Below the pieces are notes generated by a model. It ran no database searches. It saw only the letters and a program-made list of their open reading frames with translations, and had not been told where the DNA came from. Both the position numbers and the translations under genes were made by a program. Of a stretch of DNA of 64,000 nucleotides, positions 12,063 through 25,120 are shown in pieces. How positions within the stretch are numbered: position 1 is the stretch's first letter; each line of letters opens with the position of its first letter. This DNA is from Octopus bimaculoides (Eukaryota), in contig NC_068989.1 of the NCBI RefSeq assembly GCF_001194135.2, positions 7,401,973-7,465,972 of the forward strand. Direction: 5' to 3'.

Positions 12063-15000
12063 ATGAATGACATTGCAAAAGATCGATTTGACAACCAAAA
12101 TGGATGTTATCAGTTGGAAGAGGATAACAATCACACGTTTGAGGTGTCCTCTGATGACATTTGCAAGTTTGGCTTTTGTGACATAGGCCTCATTGTGGAA
12201 CACGAACTCATTGAGTGTCACAAACAGGTCCTGTCAGAAAACAGTCAGTACTTCAAAGCAATGTTTGAAAGTACTATGAAAGAAAAATCTCAAAAGACTA
12301 TAGACCTTAAATGTGTGTCGCTCAATAGTTTCAAAGTGATTTTAGACTTCTGTTATAGTAAACCAGCCCCTCTTCTCATCGACCGCGACAACATCTTTGA
12401 TGTAACACGCATAGCTGACATGTTGAATTTTTCTGAAGTGTTCACATTATGCAAGAATTTCTTATGGAGTCTTGTAAGTCAGAACTGTTTTGATGTCCTC
12501 ATGTTAGCCTCCACTTTGTTTATAAAAGAGCTGCACAACTACTGCACTGCTTATGTCCTCTGGAATTTCAAAACCATCAAAGACAATGAAGATTTTGTCT
12601 TCTTAACTAAAGACGAGCTACAGAACTATCTCAGTGACAGCAGACTTAATACAGTTTCAGAGCTTCCTGTGTATAAAAGTATTATTACATGGGTAAGTGT
12701 TGAATACTTCTAGTCACCATCTTTCTTTGTTGCTATTTTATTATTATTACAACTACTTATATGACTATTATTTCTAATATTTATAATAATAATAACAATG
12801 ATATTTATCAAGATAAACCATGATCCCGGACAACGGACGAAATATTTCAAAGAACTATTTTCATCGTGTGTCCATGTTGGTTTAATGTCCAGTGAAGAAT
12901 TAGAAGTTCTTCAAGAATCAGACCTGGTGAAATCCACTCCGAATGTTTTACAAACAGTCGAGTCAGCTTATGTTGATCAAGATTCAAGTGCAGCAAATAA
13001 CGACTCAGTAAGTAAACCGCATCCTTTTCTTCATCTTCCTGTGTACCTGAGTGTGTGTGGGGTGTGTTTTGAGTAAGGGGATACTTCCCTGCATATTACT
13101 CTTTTCTTTGTTTCAGTCTTTGTTATATTGTATTTTGTTTCTTGTTTGCAATTCATTTCTAGACTGGAGGTTCGAGGAGACCTTCTCATCTACGACAGAT
13201 TCCTCAAGCGCTGTTGTGGGTTGGTGGAGACAAGAGCAGACTCTGCGATAAACCGAGTCCCCATTGGAATGTAATGAGATGGGACGCTACTGCCAAAGAA
13301 TATGTGAAGTTGGATGATATGTACCCTGTGACATCACCGGTGGAAGCTGACATGGGTTACAGGGTGTGCAGTTTGGGTAAGAGAACGATCTATTAAATAT
13401 CATCATTGTCATCATCATCATCATCATTGTTTAACGTCCGCTTTCCATGATAGCATGGGTTGGACGATTTGACTGAGGACTGGTGAACCAGAAGGCTACA
13501 CCAGGCTCCAGTCTGATTTGGCAGAGTTTCTACAGCTGGATGCCCTTCCTAACGCCAACCACTCCAAGAGTGTAGTTGGTGCTTCTTACGTGCCACCAGC
13601 ACATACTGGGGTCAATGTAATCAACTTCGCTCCTTTTCTGAAACTGCTTGCCTTGTGCCAGCATTATGTTAATTGCAGGCATGGTTCTGTGGTAAGAAGT
13701 TTGCTTCCCAACCACTTGGTTCCAGGTTCAGTCCCACTGCATGGCATCTTGGACAAATATATTCTGTGAGGGGATTTAGTAGACAAATATAAAAAAGTCT
13801 ATCGTGTCTGTGTGTGCAGGAGTATGTTTGTGACTCCTTGATTATCACTGTCATACAAGCAATGTCATTCATTTCCACTGTTCTGTGAGAATGTATCTGG
13901 CTACAGGGAAATATTACTTAGCTTGGAAACAGGAGAAGGTTAGTAACAAGAAGGGCGCCTGGCCATAGAAAACCTGCCTCAATAAACTCCGTCTGACCCA
14001 TGCAAGCATGGAAAAGTGGATGTTAAAATGATCGTGATATTTATACATTTTTTATTATCTGTTTTCTCTTTTTTTTTTTTCTATCAAATTCTGCAGGTGT
14101 GGAGGTCTATGTATTGGGAGGTGAAGCTAAACTTGGAAGTAACAAATGGCAGATACAGACCTGGGCTTACGATTTATTAAAGAGGAAATGGGTCAGAAAA
14201 GCATGTCTCCTGCAACCCCGTCGGCACCATGCTGTTTGTGTCCTTGACGACGACATCTATGTGATTGGCGGATTTACCAAATACCGTGAGATTACAGTCA
14301 GCGTCCATTGCTACCATTCTAACAATGGTATGTTTACAGATCCTTTATCATTTATGTTTTACTTGTTTCAATCATTGGACTGCGGTCATGCTGGGGCACC
14401 ACCTTGAAGGGTTGTGTCAGATAAATGGGCCTCAGTGCTTATATTTTAAATCTGGTTCTTATTCTACCAGTTACATTTACCAAGCGGCTAAACTATGGGG
14501 AAGTAAACAAACCAACATTAGTTATCAAGCAGTGAGCAGGAAGGTGGAACAAACACATAAACACACACACAACAGGCTTCCTCACAGTTTCCATCTATCA
14601 AATTCACTCGCAGGTGATTGGTTGGCCTGAGGCAATAGATAACTGGCCCACAGCGCTGCACAATGGTATTGAACCCAAAACCATGCACTTACAAAGCAAG
14701 CTTCTGAATCACACAGCCATATCTGTGCCTATTGGTATTAGTTTCTTTAAGCTATTATATTTGCACCTCTAACCAGTTGGTGTTTTGGGTGGCAGCAGGG
14801 GACCCAAATTTCTATGCATAATAAATTCTATTTCAGATGTAAAATTAATTTACAAATTTCCTGTGAGGTAACATCCATAGTCGTCCTTCATTTAGTTATC
14901 CTACATTTCAAATAGTTAACTGATAGCATCTGATTAGACCTCACAAAAGATCGAAATCAATTCAATTACTGGACCTTGTCCTCAATATTGAGTTTAACTC

Positions 15001-16566
15001 TTTTGGTAACCAACCGGTCCAAAACATCCACTGGTTCTTTCAATCAAGCTTCCTATTTTAAACACCAAACAAATAACGACAAAATTAATCTCAATAATTC
15101 TTCAATATTTGCAGGATTAATTGATATGGTGTTGTAGTGACGTCATCTTGAGGGTCTCCAGCATGCATGCGCAGGGTTGGAACCTTCTGGAAAGCCTGCC
15201 GAAAGGTCCCTGATGCGCATGCACAGAAAACTAGCAGCAGCAGAGTTTTTGTATCACCAGACTCGAGATGCAGCCACTGAACTATGCAGACGTGTCCTCA
15301 GCAGCTCTCTGTTCACCTCTGCTGCTGACCATTATTTGACCAGCTCTGTGTAGCTGGATTTCTGTGAAGAATGCCTTCATAAAGTATGACTAACTCCGAC
15401 CAATTCAATTCTTTGGTTTCTTGTCCAGTCATCCAAATTTGTTGGTTCCTGTGTGACCATCTGAATCTGTTGCCTCTGGGATGACTAGCTCCCAAGTCTC
15501 TTGGCTCTGGTGCATCTGTGTTGATCTAGCACAGCTGTTCAGATATGTTGGCTCTCATACAACCAGCCTTGATTCATTGACTCTTTTATAACTGGCCTCA
15601 GTGTCTCGAAACTAGTATGATTAAGCCTTAATCTATTAGAACCAGTTACAATATAGATGCACTTTTAAAGTATCATTTCCTAAATTAATTTGAAATTATT
15701 TAGCTTTTATATTTTTTTATTTTGCCATTAACCCATTACCTCCCATAATTCTATTAACTGGAATTTTTTTATGGAACTTTGATTTCTAGCATAAAACAGC
15801 CTTAGAAACACGCTGGAATGCTCAAAATAACATTTTAAATAGAAATAAGCGAGATATTGGGTGAAAAATTAGCAAACCTCATTTGAATATCAGAGAACTA
15901 TACCTAGTAGATATAGCAAAAAGGTTAGATATGTGTAAATATTGACAGATAATTACGAAATTTGTAATTTTTAAGTGATCTCATATGAGATCACTGGTAG
16001 GTAATGGGTTAAAAAAAGACCCTGCACAAAACAAACTATTTTGAATTGATGTCTTCTTGTTTTCTTTCTATCCATAAACTACAGATTCCTGGACAGTATG
16101 TTCTGACTTAATAAGACCGGAATTTGCTGCTACGGCCGCTGCACTAAACAACAGAGTATATTTATTGAAGACATTGATTATCCAATGTTATAATCCTTCC
16201 AGTAACCAGTGGACAATCGTCACCACCGATGTACCACCAGCAATAACTCCTGGCTTTACTGTCATGTCAGCTATTACCGTTGGCAACTCACTCATCGTAC
16301 AAAGTGGCTACAACAACAAACTGTATCTATACGACCCCTATGCTGAAGACCAGGACCAAGCATGGACTGCCCTCGGCTGTTTCAAAGATGTCTTTGGAAG
16401 CTGTGCAGAACTGGATGGCAAAATCTATTGCATGGGTAATGACAGTAACCATATGGAAACTTATGATATAGAGTCACAGACATTTGGCATTGAGATGTCA
16501 GTCTCCTGCCATTTATCTCGAAGTTTCTTAGTAACTGTGCCGTTCTACAAGGAAACCATGACATAA
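12063..16566 (+). CDS. BTB-BACK-Kelch (kelch-like) protein, 583 aa, 5 coding exons
   Basis: Exons 12063-12692, 12813-13007, 13163-13376, 14097-14327 and 16085-16566 (1752 nt), all GT-AG with consistent phases 0,0,1,1. BTB: CHKQVLSENSQYFKAMF. BACK: NCFDVLMLA...LNTVSELPVYKSIITW. Kelch repeats: LLWVGG, VYVLGG, IYVIGG, CYNPSSNQW. The specific KLHL/KBTBD orthologue cannot be assigned by eye. Confidence 0.92.
15133..15650 (+). mobile_element. Putative solo LTR
   Basis: Begins TGTAGTGAC and ends AGTTACA (TG..CA). The 5' part is homologous to 61808-61955 (minus), which starts at the same TGTAGTGAC boundary. No clean TSD is visible. Confidence 0.45.
15728..16012. mobile_element. TTAA-flanked MITE, third family, in Kelch intron 4
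   Basis: 18-bp TIRs TTAACCCATTACCTCCCA and TGGTAGGTAATGGGTTAA (17/18 match). Contains an internal perfect 22-bp palindrome at 15974-15995. Confidence 0.8.
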
Positions 16567-16959
16567 AACATTAAGCACCTTAATGTCATTTCACTTAAAA
16601 ATAAAAATATTTTTTGCTGTAATTTTTTCACTTAGGAGAGCGCCATAGAGTAGAAGGTAAGCTCCTGACAAACTTGGAGATCAAGTTTCACTTCCAGATC
16701 AGAGCTGTGTCACTTCACCTACATCACTAGTACACTTGGAAGAGACATGAACATCACAACATCCATTCCCTTCATAACAGTTTTACACTTCACGACCATC
16801 ACCTACAGATGATGGGAGAAGCCACTACAGAGAATCTTCCCTGAAACATTATGAACAAAATTGTAACAATATCTAATATCAAGCCATATCTGCCAGCTCT
16901 TTGACCAGAATTTTCTACCATTTATTTTACGAGCTTTTTGCTTGTCATGCAATAAGACT

Positions 16960-16994
<35 letters not shown>

Positions 16995-17637
16995 GATTTT
17001 ATATTTGTGTGTGTATATATATATATATATAAATATATACATACATAGATACATACATGTGTAGTTTATATTAAATTTGCCTTGCAATACCTGTAATTTA
17101 CTAGGTGAAATGCTTATGATCGTTATTGTTAGATCCAGCTATGGTCAGATTTACTGTGAAACGGATGTTGTCAAGTCAATAGAATGAAGCATTTTACTGT
17201 ATGGCTACTATTAATTGCTGTCTTTAATGCAGGACATGCTGTCCTACGAATTTAGGGACTGAAAAGATGTAGTCCCTACACTAAATTCAGGAATTTGTTG
17301 AGGCAAGGAATTTTGCCTTTTACTGAGTAGATTAACTGACTACATAGATGTTCCCTAACTGGTTGTTGTTGTTGTTGTTGTTGTTGTAAGTAAAATGGTT
17401 TGGGTTTGCCTTCCTGCCATTAAGAAATTTTTTATTTCAATGTCAGAACAGAGATAATGACCATCACCAACAAATCATGTGCTCAGTGTCCCCACCGTAC
17501 AATTAAAAGTCACCAGCACAAAACTGTTTAATATGATTCTATATTTGTGAGAAGAGGAATTTATATCATGCATATTGTTTATATCAGTAGGACGGGTGAC
17601 TTAATCTTCATTATTGATTTCACTGTATTTCGGCTGG

Positions 17638-18030
17638 TGTGGAGGCGCAATGGCCCAGTGGTTAGGGCAGCGGACTCGCGGTCATAGGATCGCGGTTTCG
17701 ATTCCCAGACCGGGCGTTGTGAGTGCTTATTGAGCGAAAACACCTAAAGCTCCACGAGGCTCCGGCAGGGGATGGTGGCGAACCCTGCTGCTGTACTCTT
17801 TCACCACAACTTTCTCTCACTCCTACTTTCTGTTTCTGTTGTGCCTGTAATTCAAAGGGTCAGCCTTGTCACACTGTGTCACGCTGAATCTCCCCGAGAA
17901 CTACGCTAAGGGTACACGTGTCTGTGGAGTGCTCAGCCACTTGCACGTTAATTTCACTTGCAGGCTGTTCCGTTGATCGGATCAACTGGAACCCTCAACG
18001 TCGTAAGCGACGGAGTGCCAACAACAACAA
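17638..18030 (+). mobile_element. Full-length tRNA-derived SINE (family with (CAA)n tail)
   Basis: Head GGAGGCGCAATGGCCCAGTGGTTAGGGCAGCGG...GGTTTCGATTCCC (A/B boxes); tail GTGCC(AAC)n. Further copies at 20279-20630, 39974-40165 and 59241-59469. Confidence 0.85.
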
Positions 18031-19249
18031 CAAATTTCAGCTGGTGTACATTCCAGTCTTCAGGTGTCTTGGATTGTATTGAAATTCTGAACCTAACCTT
18101 TTATTTCATCTGTGAAGGTACACAGTTTTCATTCCCTTCTCTGTGTTTCGTGACATGTTTTGTTTCAGTTGATTTTTTTGTGAATTACCTCAGTGCCTTG
18201 CATCGTGGAGTAGATAAAGATGTTGGTTAATGCGTTGCAATCACCAACAGGTTCTGAGTTCAATCCCAGGCAAAGCAATAAGATATTCACAAAAAAAAGT
18301 CCACTGAAGAAAAAAAATGTCATGAAACGCAGAGAGCAGAATAAAAACAATGTACCCCCATGGATCTAATAAAGATTCAGGTTCAAAATTCTAACACAGG
18401 TGAGTTCAACACAGAACACCTGAAGATGGCTGAAGAGCACAACAGCCAAAACTGTAGTGAAATCTGCAATCAAGAGAAGGACACCAGTCCACTTAATATA
18501 AACAGGTATACATAACAAAACTGTTTATTTTTGCAATCCAGATTCTATTCCATTGTGCCTATCAAAGATATCTGTTGTTTGTTTCCACAACTGGCTTGCA
18601 AGACATGTTAATAGCAGAGTGATGCACATGACCTCTCAACCGGAAACATGTTGGTAAGCTTGGGAACACACCTCATGGTACTTTATGGAAAACATACAGT
18701 AATCAGGGCTATTTACAGAGTACATCTGCTATGGTGATCTCAGCCCTCTGTTGATTCATTTTCTCTTTCGGCACTTTATGGTGAATTTCCTCTATGGCAT
18801 TGGGGTCTTCTATATTTGCTAGCACTTTACAGAGCGCTTGTTTTATGGTGGCCATTTTTAACCTGCCTCAATAATTAATTATCACTAATTACAGCTAAAA
18901 ATAAGTGTATATAAATAACAAACAGCAAATATCATGCATTCATTCTCTTTCACTTAACATTTATTTATTTATTGAATTAAAAAATATATATACATACCTT
19001 TATTGTTGGCCTTTTTTTCTCAAATTGTAATTTTGAATCTAGTCAATGTCACCTTAGCTTTTCGTCCATCCAGGAACAAGAAAATGATACCCGTAATATA
19101 CTGGGGATGATATAATGAACTACACCCTCCTTAATATGTCCCTAGCATGGTCGTATGATTAAGAAGTTTGCTTTGAAAGCAAGTGGTTCCAGGTTCAGTT
19201 TCACTGCATAGCAACTGGAAACTGTGGAAGCCGACCTCTATAGTGTCCT

Positions 19250-19790
19250 TTCTATTATAGGCACAAGGCTTGAAGTTTTGGGGGAGGGGACTAGTCAATT
19301 ACATCGACCCCAAAATTTCACTGGTACTTAATTTATCTTTTCTACAAGGCCCAAAATTTTGGGCTATTAGATCAACCTCAGTACTCAACTGGTGCTTAAT
19401 TTACCAACCCCAAAAGGATGGAAGGCAAGGTCGACCGCAACGGAATATTATATATTTTTTCGTACTCTAAGCACAAGGCCCGAAATTTTGGGAGATGGGG
19501 GTCACTTGATTAGATCGACCCCAGTACGTAACTGATATTTATCGACCTCGAAAAGATGAAAGGCAAAGTCGACCTCAGCGGAATATTATATATTGTTTTC
19601 TACTCTTGGCACAAGGCCCGAAATTTTGGGGAAGAGAGGGGGTGGCCATTCGATTAGATCGACCCCAGTACGCAACTGGTACTTAATTTATTGCCCCCCC
19701 CCCGCCACAAAGATGAAAGACAAAGTCAACCTCGGCAGAATTTGAACTCAGAATGTAGTGATGGGCGAAATACCGCTAAGTATTCAGTCC
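19250..19790 (-). mobile_element. Head-to-tail cluster of 3-4 partial SINE copies (same family as 44690-45225)
   Basis: Recurrent GGCACAAGGCCCGAAATTTTGGGG...GATCGACCCCAGTAC...GGCAAAGTCGACCTC unit. Confidence 0.75.
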
Positions 19791-20278
19791 AGCATGCAGG
19801 GGTGGCTGTGTGGTAACAAGTTTGCTTCTCAACCACCGGCTTTTGGGTTNNNNNNNNNNNNNNNNNNNNNNNNNNNNNNNNNNNNNNNNNNNNNNNNNNN
19901 NNNNNNNNNNNNNNNNNNNNNNNNNNNNNNNNNNNNNNNNNNNNNNNNNNNNNNNNNNNNNNNNNNNNNNNNNNNNNNNNNNNNNNNNNNNNNNNNNNNN
20001 NNNNNNNNNNNNNNNNNNNNNNNNNNNNNNNNNNNNNNNNNNNNNNNNNNNNNNNNNNNNNNNNNNNNNNNNNNNNNNNNNNNNNNNNNNNNNNNNNNNN
20101 NNNNNNNNNNNNNNNNNNNNNNNNNNNNNNNNNNNNNNNNNNNNNNNNNNNNNNNNNNNNNNNNNNNNNNNNNNNNNNNNNNNNNNNNNNNNNNNNNNNN
20201 NNNNNNNNNNNNNNNNNNNNNNNNNNNNNNNNNNNNNNNNNNNNNNNNNNNNNNNNNGTTTCTGTGTGTGTGTGTGTG

Positions 20279-20630
20279 TGGAGGCGCAATGGCCCAGTAG
20301 TTAGGGCAGCGGACTCGCGGTTTCGATTCCCAGACCGGGCGTTGTGAGTGTTTATTGAGCGAAAACACCTGAAGTTCCACGAGGCCTCGGCAGGGGATGG
20401 TGGCGAACCCTGCTGTACTCTTTCACCACAACTTTCTTCCTGTTTCTGTTGTGCCTGTAATTCAAAGGGCCAGCCTTGTCACGCTGAATATCCCCGAGAA
20501 CTACGTTAAGGGTACACGTGTCTGTGGAGTGCTCAGCCACTTGCACGTTAATTTCACGAGCAGGCTGTTCCGTTGATCGGATCAACTGGAAACCTTGTCG
20601 TCGTAACCGACGGAGTGTCAACAACAACAA
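20279..20630 (+). mobile_element. tRNA-derived SINE, (CAA)n family
   Basis: Near-identical to 17638-18030 with small deletions. Confidence 0.85.
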
Positions 20631-20984
20631 CTTTGCTTGTGCACAAATATACACATTTAAAAATAGATACTTGATTAGCAACTAATATGGGTAATTTACA
20701 AATGAATTATGGGGGTAAATTCTTGGTGTACAGTGGCTGAATGGATAAGAAATTTGCTTCGCAATCATGAGGTACCAGTTTCAATTCTGCTACATGGCAT
20801 CTTGGGTAAGTTTCATCCGATACTTTGGGAGTGGAACTCAGTAGAAAGAGACTGTATAAAGATCCATCCAAGTCGACCTTGGCGGAATTTGAATTCAGAA
20901 CGTAAAAACATGAAATACCGCTAAGCATTTCGCCCGGTGTGTTAACATTTTTTATTCCTTTACTGCCCACAAAGGGCTAAACGT

Positions 20985-21062
20985 AGAGATCTCGAGCAAA
21001 GCCACACTGGAGGTCTGGCATGCTGGCTAAAACAACTTTAGGTTCCATCACTTTGGATAACT
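20985..21062 (-). pseudogene. 78-bp exact copy of CPSF2 CDS (23082-23159) between two SINE fragments
   Basis: Identical by direct comparison: AGAGATCTCGAGCAAAGCC...CACTTTGGATAACT. Confidence 0.9.
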
Positions 21063-21777
21063 AGAATGGACAACGGACGTTAAACGATGATGATGATGAA
21101 TGCAAGATTAATTTAAAACAATGTGAAGAAATAAGCAATATGTTTGACAGAGTAATCCGAATGCTAGTGTTAACTCAAAACTTGTATCAGACGATGGATG
21201 GAAAGCCTTCTGCTAAAGGCAGATGTCAAGCAGAATCCTGTATCCACCACACTTAATCCATTGATGGATTATAGGTCTGATGTTAAGAGTAGGGATATCA
21301 GGACATACCATGAACCCGATATAACTGCTAAGAGGCTGGTGGACAGGAACATTGGAACAAAAGTACACACAAGTGACAATCATAAGAGACACAAACAAAT
21401 ACATCTTACATTTATCCAGTTTTATGTGCCAGAATTTTGTTAGACATCACCAAAGTTGATAGCCCCAAGTAGTGAGACAGAAATAAGGATAATCACAGAG
21501 TCGGAGTTATAGACAAAAGATGATGGAATGTAAAACATGTATTTATGAATGAGCACGATCATAGATATTCATGTAAGCATTATAAAAATTTTAATTAATT
21601 TTTTTTTAAAAATGGAAAAAAAAAAAAAAATCTTCCAAGAATGATGAAAAACACCATCTCACTTTGGCACTTTTTGGTATTTTATTATTATTGTTGTAGA
21701 TGTTGTTGTTGTTACTGAAGTATCTGTCCAGGAAAATGAAGATAGAAACAATTAACAAAACAAATGAGAAAAAAATA

Positions 21778-24108
21778 TCATACAATAGCATATTGCTGGT
21801 AGACAAGGTCCCGAATTACAAAATAGTCTGGGCACAAAGCCCCTTCCAGCTGTAATTTGCCAGCCTCATTCTTTCTAATAGCAACTTTGTTATTACAGAT
21901 AAGAACCCCAGCTGTGAACTCTGCCTGGATCCCAGCTTGTAGAAAGAACATCTTCAGATCTGAAAGTTTGGGTTCATTGATAAATACCGGTGTGTGTCCT
22001 GGTTGTTTGTTACTCGGAAGAGCTTCGAGCGTTGGAACATGGATGTGAGCTTCTTCTTCCTCCTTTTCTGCATCTACATTGTCTTCTCTTTTAAACAGAT
22101 CCATTAATTTCTTCTTTTCTAATTCTTCTGCTGCGGGTTCTGTTTCTTCCGGTTCGTAACGTGCACTTGTGTCTGTTTTGGCTTCTTTCAAGTCCAACTG
22201 GCCCTCGATCCAAGCCAGCTCAGCATCTCGAGCACGAGAAAATGTCAGTGCCGACACTACGTAGTCCTTTAACTTCACCTGATAAATATGGCTCTCTCGA
22301 GTGGCATCAACAATGTCACCGACATGTGGAGCAAATATACGAGTTTGAGACAAGCAACCACTACTTAAACAGAACTCTTCCAAACTCTCCGTGGGATCTG
22401 GTCTGCCATGGATTAGGATTAACTGGCGTGGTTTAATCTGTGTTATGATTTTACGAATTGACTCACCATCCGATCGACCCTCGAAATCAATGTATTTTAC
22501 ATTGGCATGGATTTCCAATGTTATCGTAGACGACACACATTTGGTTGGTACTTCAGACATGTCCTGCATGGCTTCATCTTCCGGAACAGATTTTTCTTGT
22601 GTGACTTCTTCATCAGCAGGAGGCAGATCTAATATCATATAATCCTCAGTTCGAATAATTTCACCGCATTCATCCCACTTGAGTCTTTCTTCATAAAACG
22701 GGAACATTGGGTAAGCTTTCTTTGCTTGTTTGAAAAAACCTGACCGAGAGTTTCGGTCACTTTTCATCATGAGATCATGTTTAGCTTTCGTGATGTTGCT
22801 GGACCCCTCCACTTCCATTTCCAGATCGCTATCATCGCTTGATTCCATGTCTTCTGCCTCACGCTTGGCTTGTTTAGTTTTGAGTCGTTCTTCTGCTTCC
22901 TTCTCTTGTTTTTTCTTCAGGTATTCCTCCAATTCACTTCCTTCTAATTTCACACGGCGCCTCATTTCAACAGTCACCGTTTTGTCTTTCGGGTGATCAA
23001 TAAGCCACCGTGCCAATGTGCCTATTGAAGTACGGCATGTTAGAATGATGCTGTTCTTGGCGTTACCACACCATCCCATGAAGAGATCTCGAGCAAAGCC
23101 ACACTGGAGGTCTGGCATGCTGGCTAAAACAACTTTAGGTTCCATCACTTTGGATAACTCTGCAAGATTGTGACACAACTTGAGATGTTTAAAATGGAAA
23201 GGGTTGTTGCGGTGGTCTTCAAAAGCACGCATGATTTTATCGCTCATCCACTCCACCTGTGACTTCGCAAACTCAACCACATTGAAGCTCACGTTATTTA
23301 AAAGAGCTAAAGAATAGGTGGACAGTCCAGAATCGGGACTACGCCACATTTGGTCAAGAAGCTGAGCCAGTTCCAGAACACGGCCTGATGTGTCTACAGC
23401 CACCAAAACGTTACCGTTATTCCTCATGGTCGACAAAATGGTAGTCATGAGTTGTTCATCTCGCAGACGCCGCCGAGACTGAGTATAAGTGGAATTCAAG
23501 GAGTCTGTAATCAAAAGTGAGGGTCGATTGATACTCTCCAAGACACAACCGTTCAAGTGCCGCTCTTTTTTGTGGTTATAATCAACAGCATAGACAATTT
23601 CTTCTTCGTCTCCATCTTTTACTATTTTCCATATCGTGCCGCCAATCATGTGACCAGCGGGCAGAGGTGTTATTTGTAAACCTTGACCTTTTCCTTTCAA
23701 ATTCACGGTCTGGCTGTATTTCAGCTGAGTGATTTTATCAAACGCTGCATCGATATCATCTAAGGTAAATATATTGAACTCCTCGTTGTTATGCCTCGAC
23801 TGGTATAGATCATACATAAACATCTGTCCCATTTTATAAACGGGAATCGTGGCGTAAACGGGACAAGTAAGACCGCATTTTCCGACCATGTACGGCAGAG
23901 CCCCAAGATGATTGTGATCGGGGTAGGTCAAGAGAACAGCATCGATGAGGTGGGCATGCCGCTTCAGTTCGCGGATGTATGTCATGTTAAAATCTTCGTT
24001 CCAGCCACAATCCAAAAGAAAACGGAACTCGTCAACCTGCAGGAGGTAACAGGGAGGGGATTCATCGTAAGCACCAGAAAACACTTGTAATTTAACAATA
24101 GAAGTCAT
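21778..24108 (-). CDS. CPSF2: Cleavage and polyadenylation specificity factor subunit 2 (CPSF100), single-exon CDS, 776 aa
   Basis: Uninterrupted 2331-nt ORF. Starts [36 protein letters not shown], contains [24 protein letters not shown] and [11 protein letters not shown], and ends [23 protein letters not shown]. These are hallmark CPSF100 sequences (inactive metallo-beta-lactamase/beta-CASP fold). Confidence 0.98.
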   Translation of the reverse strand: MTSIVKLQVFSGAYDESPPCYLLQVDEFRFLLDCGWNEDFNMTYIRELKRHAHLIDAVLLTYPDHNHLGALPYMVGKCGLTCPVYATIPVYKMGQMFMYDLYQSRHNNEEFNIFTLDDIDAAFDKITQLKYSQTVNLKGKGQGLQITPLPAGHMIGGTIWKIVKDGDEEEIVYAVDYNHKKERHLNGCVLESINRPSLLITDSLNSTYTQSRRRLRDEQLMTTILSTMRNNGNVLVAVDTSGRVLELAQLLDQMWRSPDSGLSTYSLALLNNVSFNVVEFAKSQVEWMSDKIMRAFEDHRNNPFHFKHLKLCHNLAELSKVMEPKVVLASMPDLQCGFARDLFMGWCGNAKNSIILTCRTSIGTLARWLIDHPKDKTVTVEMRRRVKLEGSELEEYLKKKQEKEAEERLKTKQAKREAEDMESSDDSDLEMEVEGSSNITKAKHDLMMKSDRNSRSGFFKQAKKAYPMFPFYEERLKWDECGEIIRTEDYMILDLPPADEEVTQEKSVPEDEAMQDMSEVPTKCVSSTITLEIHANVKYIDFEGRSDGESIRKIITQIKPRQLILIHGRPDPTESLEEFCLSSGCLSQTRIFAPHVGDIVDATRESHIYQVKLKDYVVSALTFSRARDAELAWIEGQLDLKEAKTDTSARYEPEETEPAAEELEKKKLMDLFKREDNVDAEKEEEEAHIHVPTLEALPSNKQPGHTPVFINEPKLSDLKMFFLQAGIQAEFTAGVLICNNKVAIRKNEAGKLQLEGALCPDYFVIRDLVYQQYAIV

Positions 24109-25120
24109 TTTGTAATCAGGAACGGAGTAAACAAATTTTTAACAAAAGGCAATAATGATCTGTGTATTTTGCAAACAGCGTGACAGTCAGGAAACAGAGA
24201 ATGCCGAGTTAGCTATATGTATATTTATATATATATACATATATATATTTATATATACATATGCTTTGTATGTGATGAACGTTAACGTTACTTCAATGGA
24301 TGGAATTTAAAAAAAAAAAAGAAGTCTTTCCACACTTAGCTTTTTACAATACAGCCAAGCTGTTCGAGAGGGTAACACAAAAGTCCAGAAATAAAGGTAA
24401 TTCCAATAGAGTAAGGAAAAAAATAGTAATAAACCGGTTAATTAAAGATAAAGACAGCCGCTTCGGAAGCCGACGGCAGTCATTTTTAAATAACAATAGA
24501 TTACTTCCCTTGAATCAGTGGAACTCTTGTGGAAAAAAACTATGGAATGTTAAAAGGGTTTCCACTATTTCTTCTGAGTCCTGGTTCTTGGAATTGTTCA
24601 TTGATTAAATGTTAATGGATGATTTCATTATTTATAAAAGAATTTAATGCTGACAAGAAATACCATTGTTGTGTTTATTATTTTCTCATTTGTTATGTGA
24701 TGTATGTCAATATGTAGGTATATGCGTCACCAATTTTTTGCCTTTATTTTTTCACCTTAAATTCTGATATAATTACAATCTACACACTCTGAAAAGTATT
24801 TGTAAAATATTTCCTTAAAAAAACAAAATAACCTTTTTCTGAAAGTTATGAGGAAACAAAGTCAATGGAGAACACTTTTATAGAGATACTAAACAAAAAA
24901 TTCGCAGATTCAGATGAGCATCCGTAGAATTGACGATGCTGTAGATATTTTCGAATTTGCTTAACTCATTTTTCTCCAAAAAATATGTTTTTATAAAATA
25001 TTAAATACTATCTTTATATATAATTATAAAAATTAGCTCAGATTCAATCTTATTTTAGATGCGAACATTTCTATCTGAATAAGTAATTATTCTAAATAAA
25101 TAAATAAAAGTGCGGGAAAT
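24109..25120. promoter_or_regulatory. Probable bidirectional promoter between CPSF2 (-) and DSCC1 (+)
   Basis: The start codons are about 1 kb apart head-to-head. The interval is nearly free of SINEs and contains a small CpG-richer patch (AGCCGCTTCGGAAGCCGACGGC, about 24457-24478). TSS positions are not determinable from sequence. Confidence 0.6.

Noticed and set aside
17638-17715. tRNA gene-like sequence
   Set aside because: It has A/B boxes but continues into a repeated SINE body present four times in the window. It is a SINE head, not a tRNA gene.
21198-21443. 81-aa ORF downstream of CPSF2
   Set aside because: No recognisable domain, splice sites or homology by eye; it is short enough to be a chance ORF or a TE relic.
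21595-21690. Retrogene poly(A) remnant downstream of CPSF2
   Set aside because: The AATAAA (minus strand, 21681-21686) is about 75 nt from the short A-run at about 21600-21607, too far for a canonical cleavage site, and no TSD was found.
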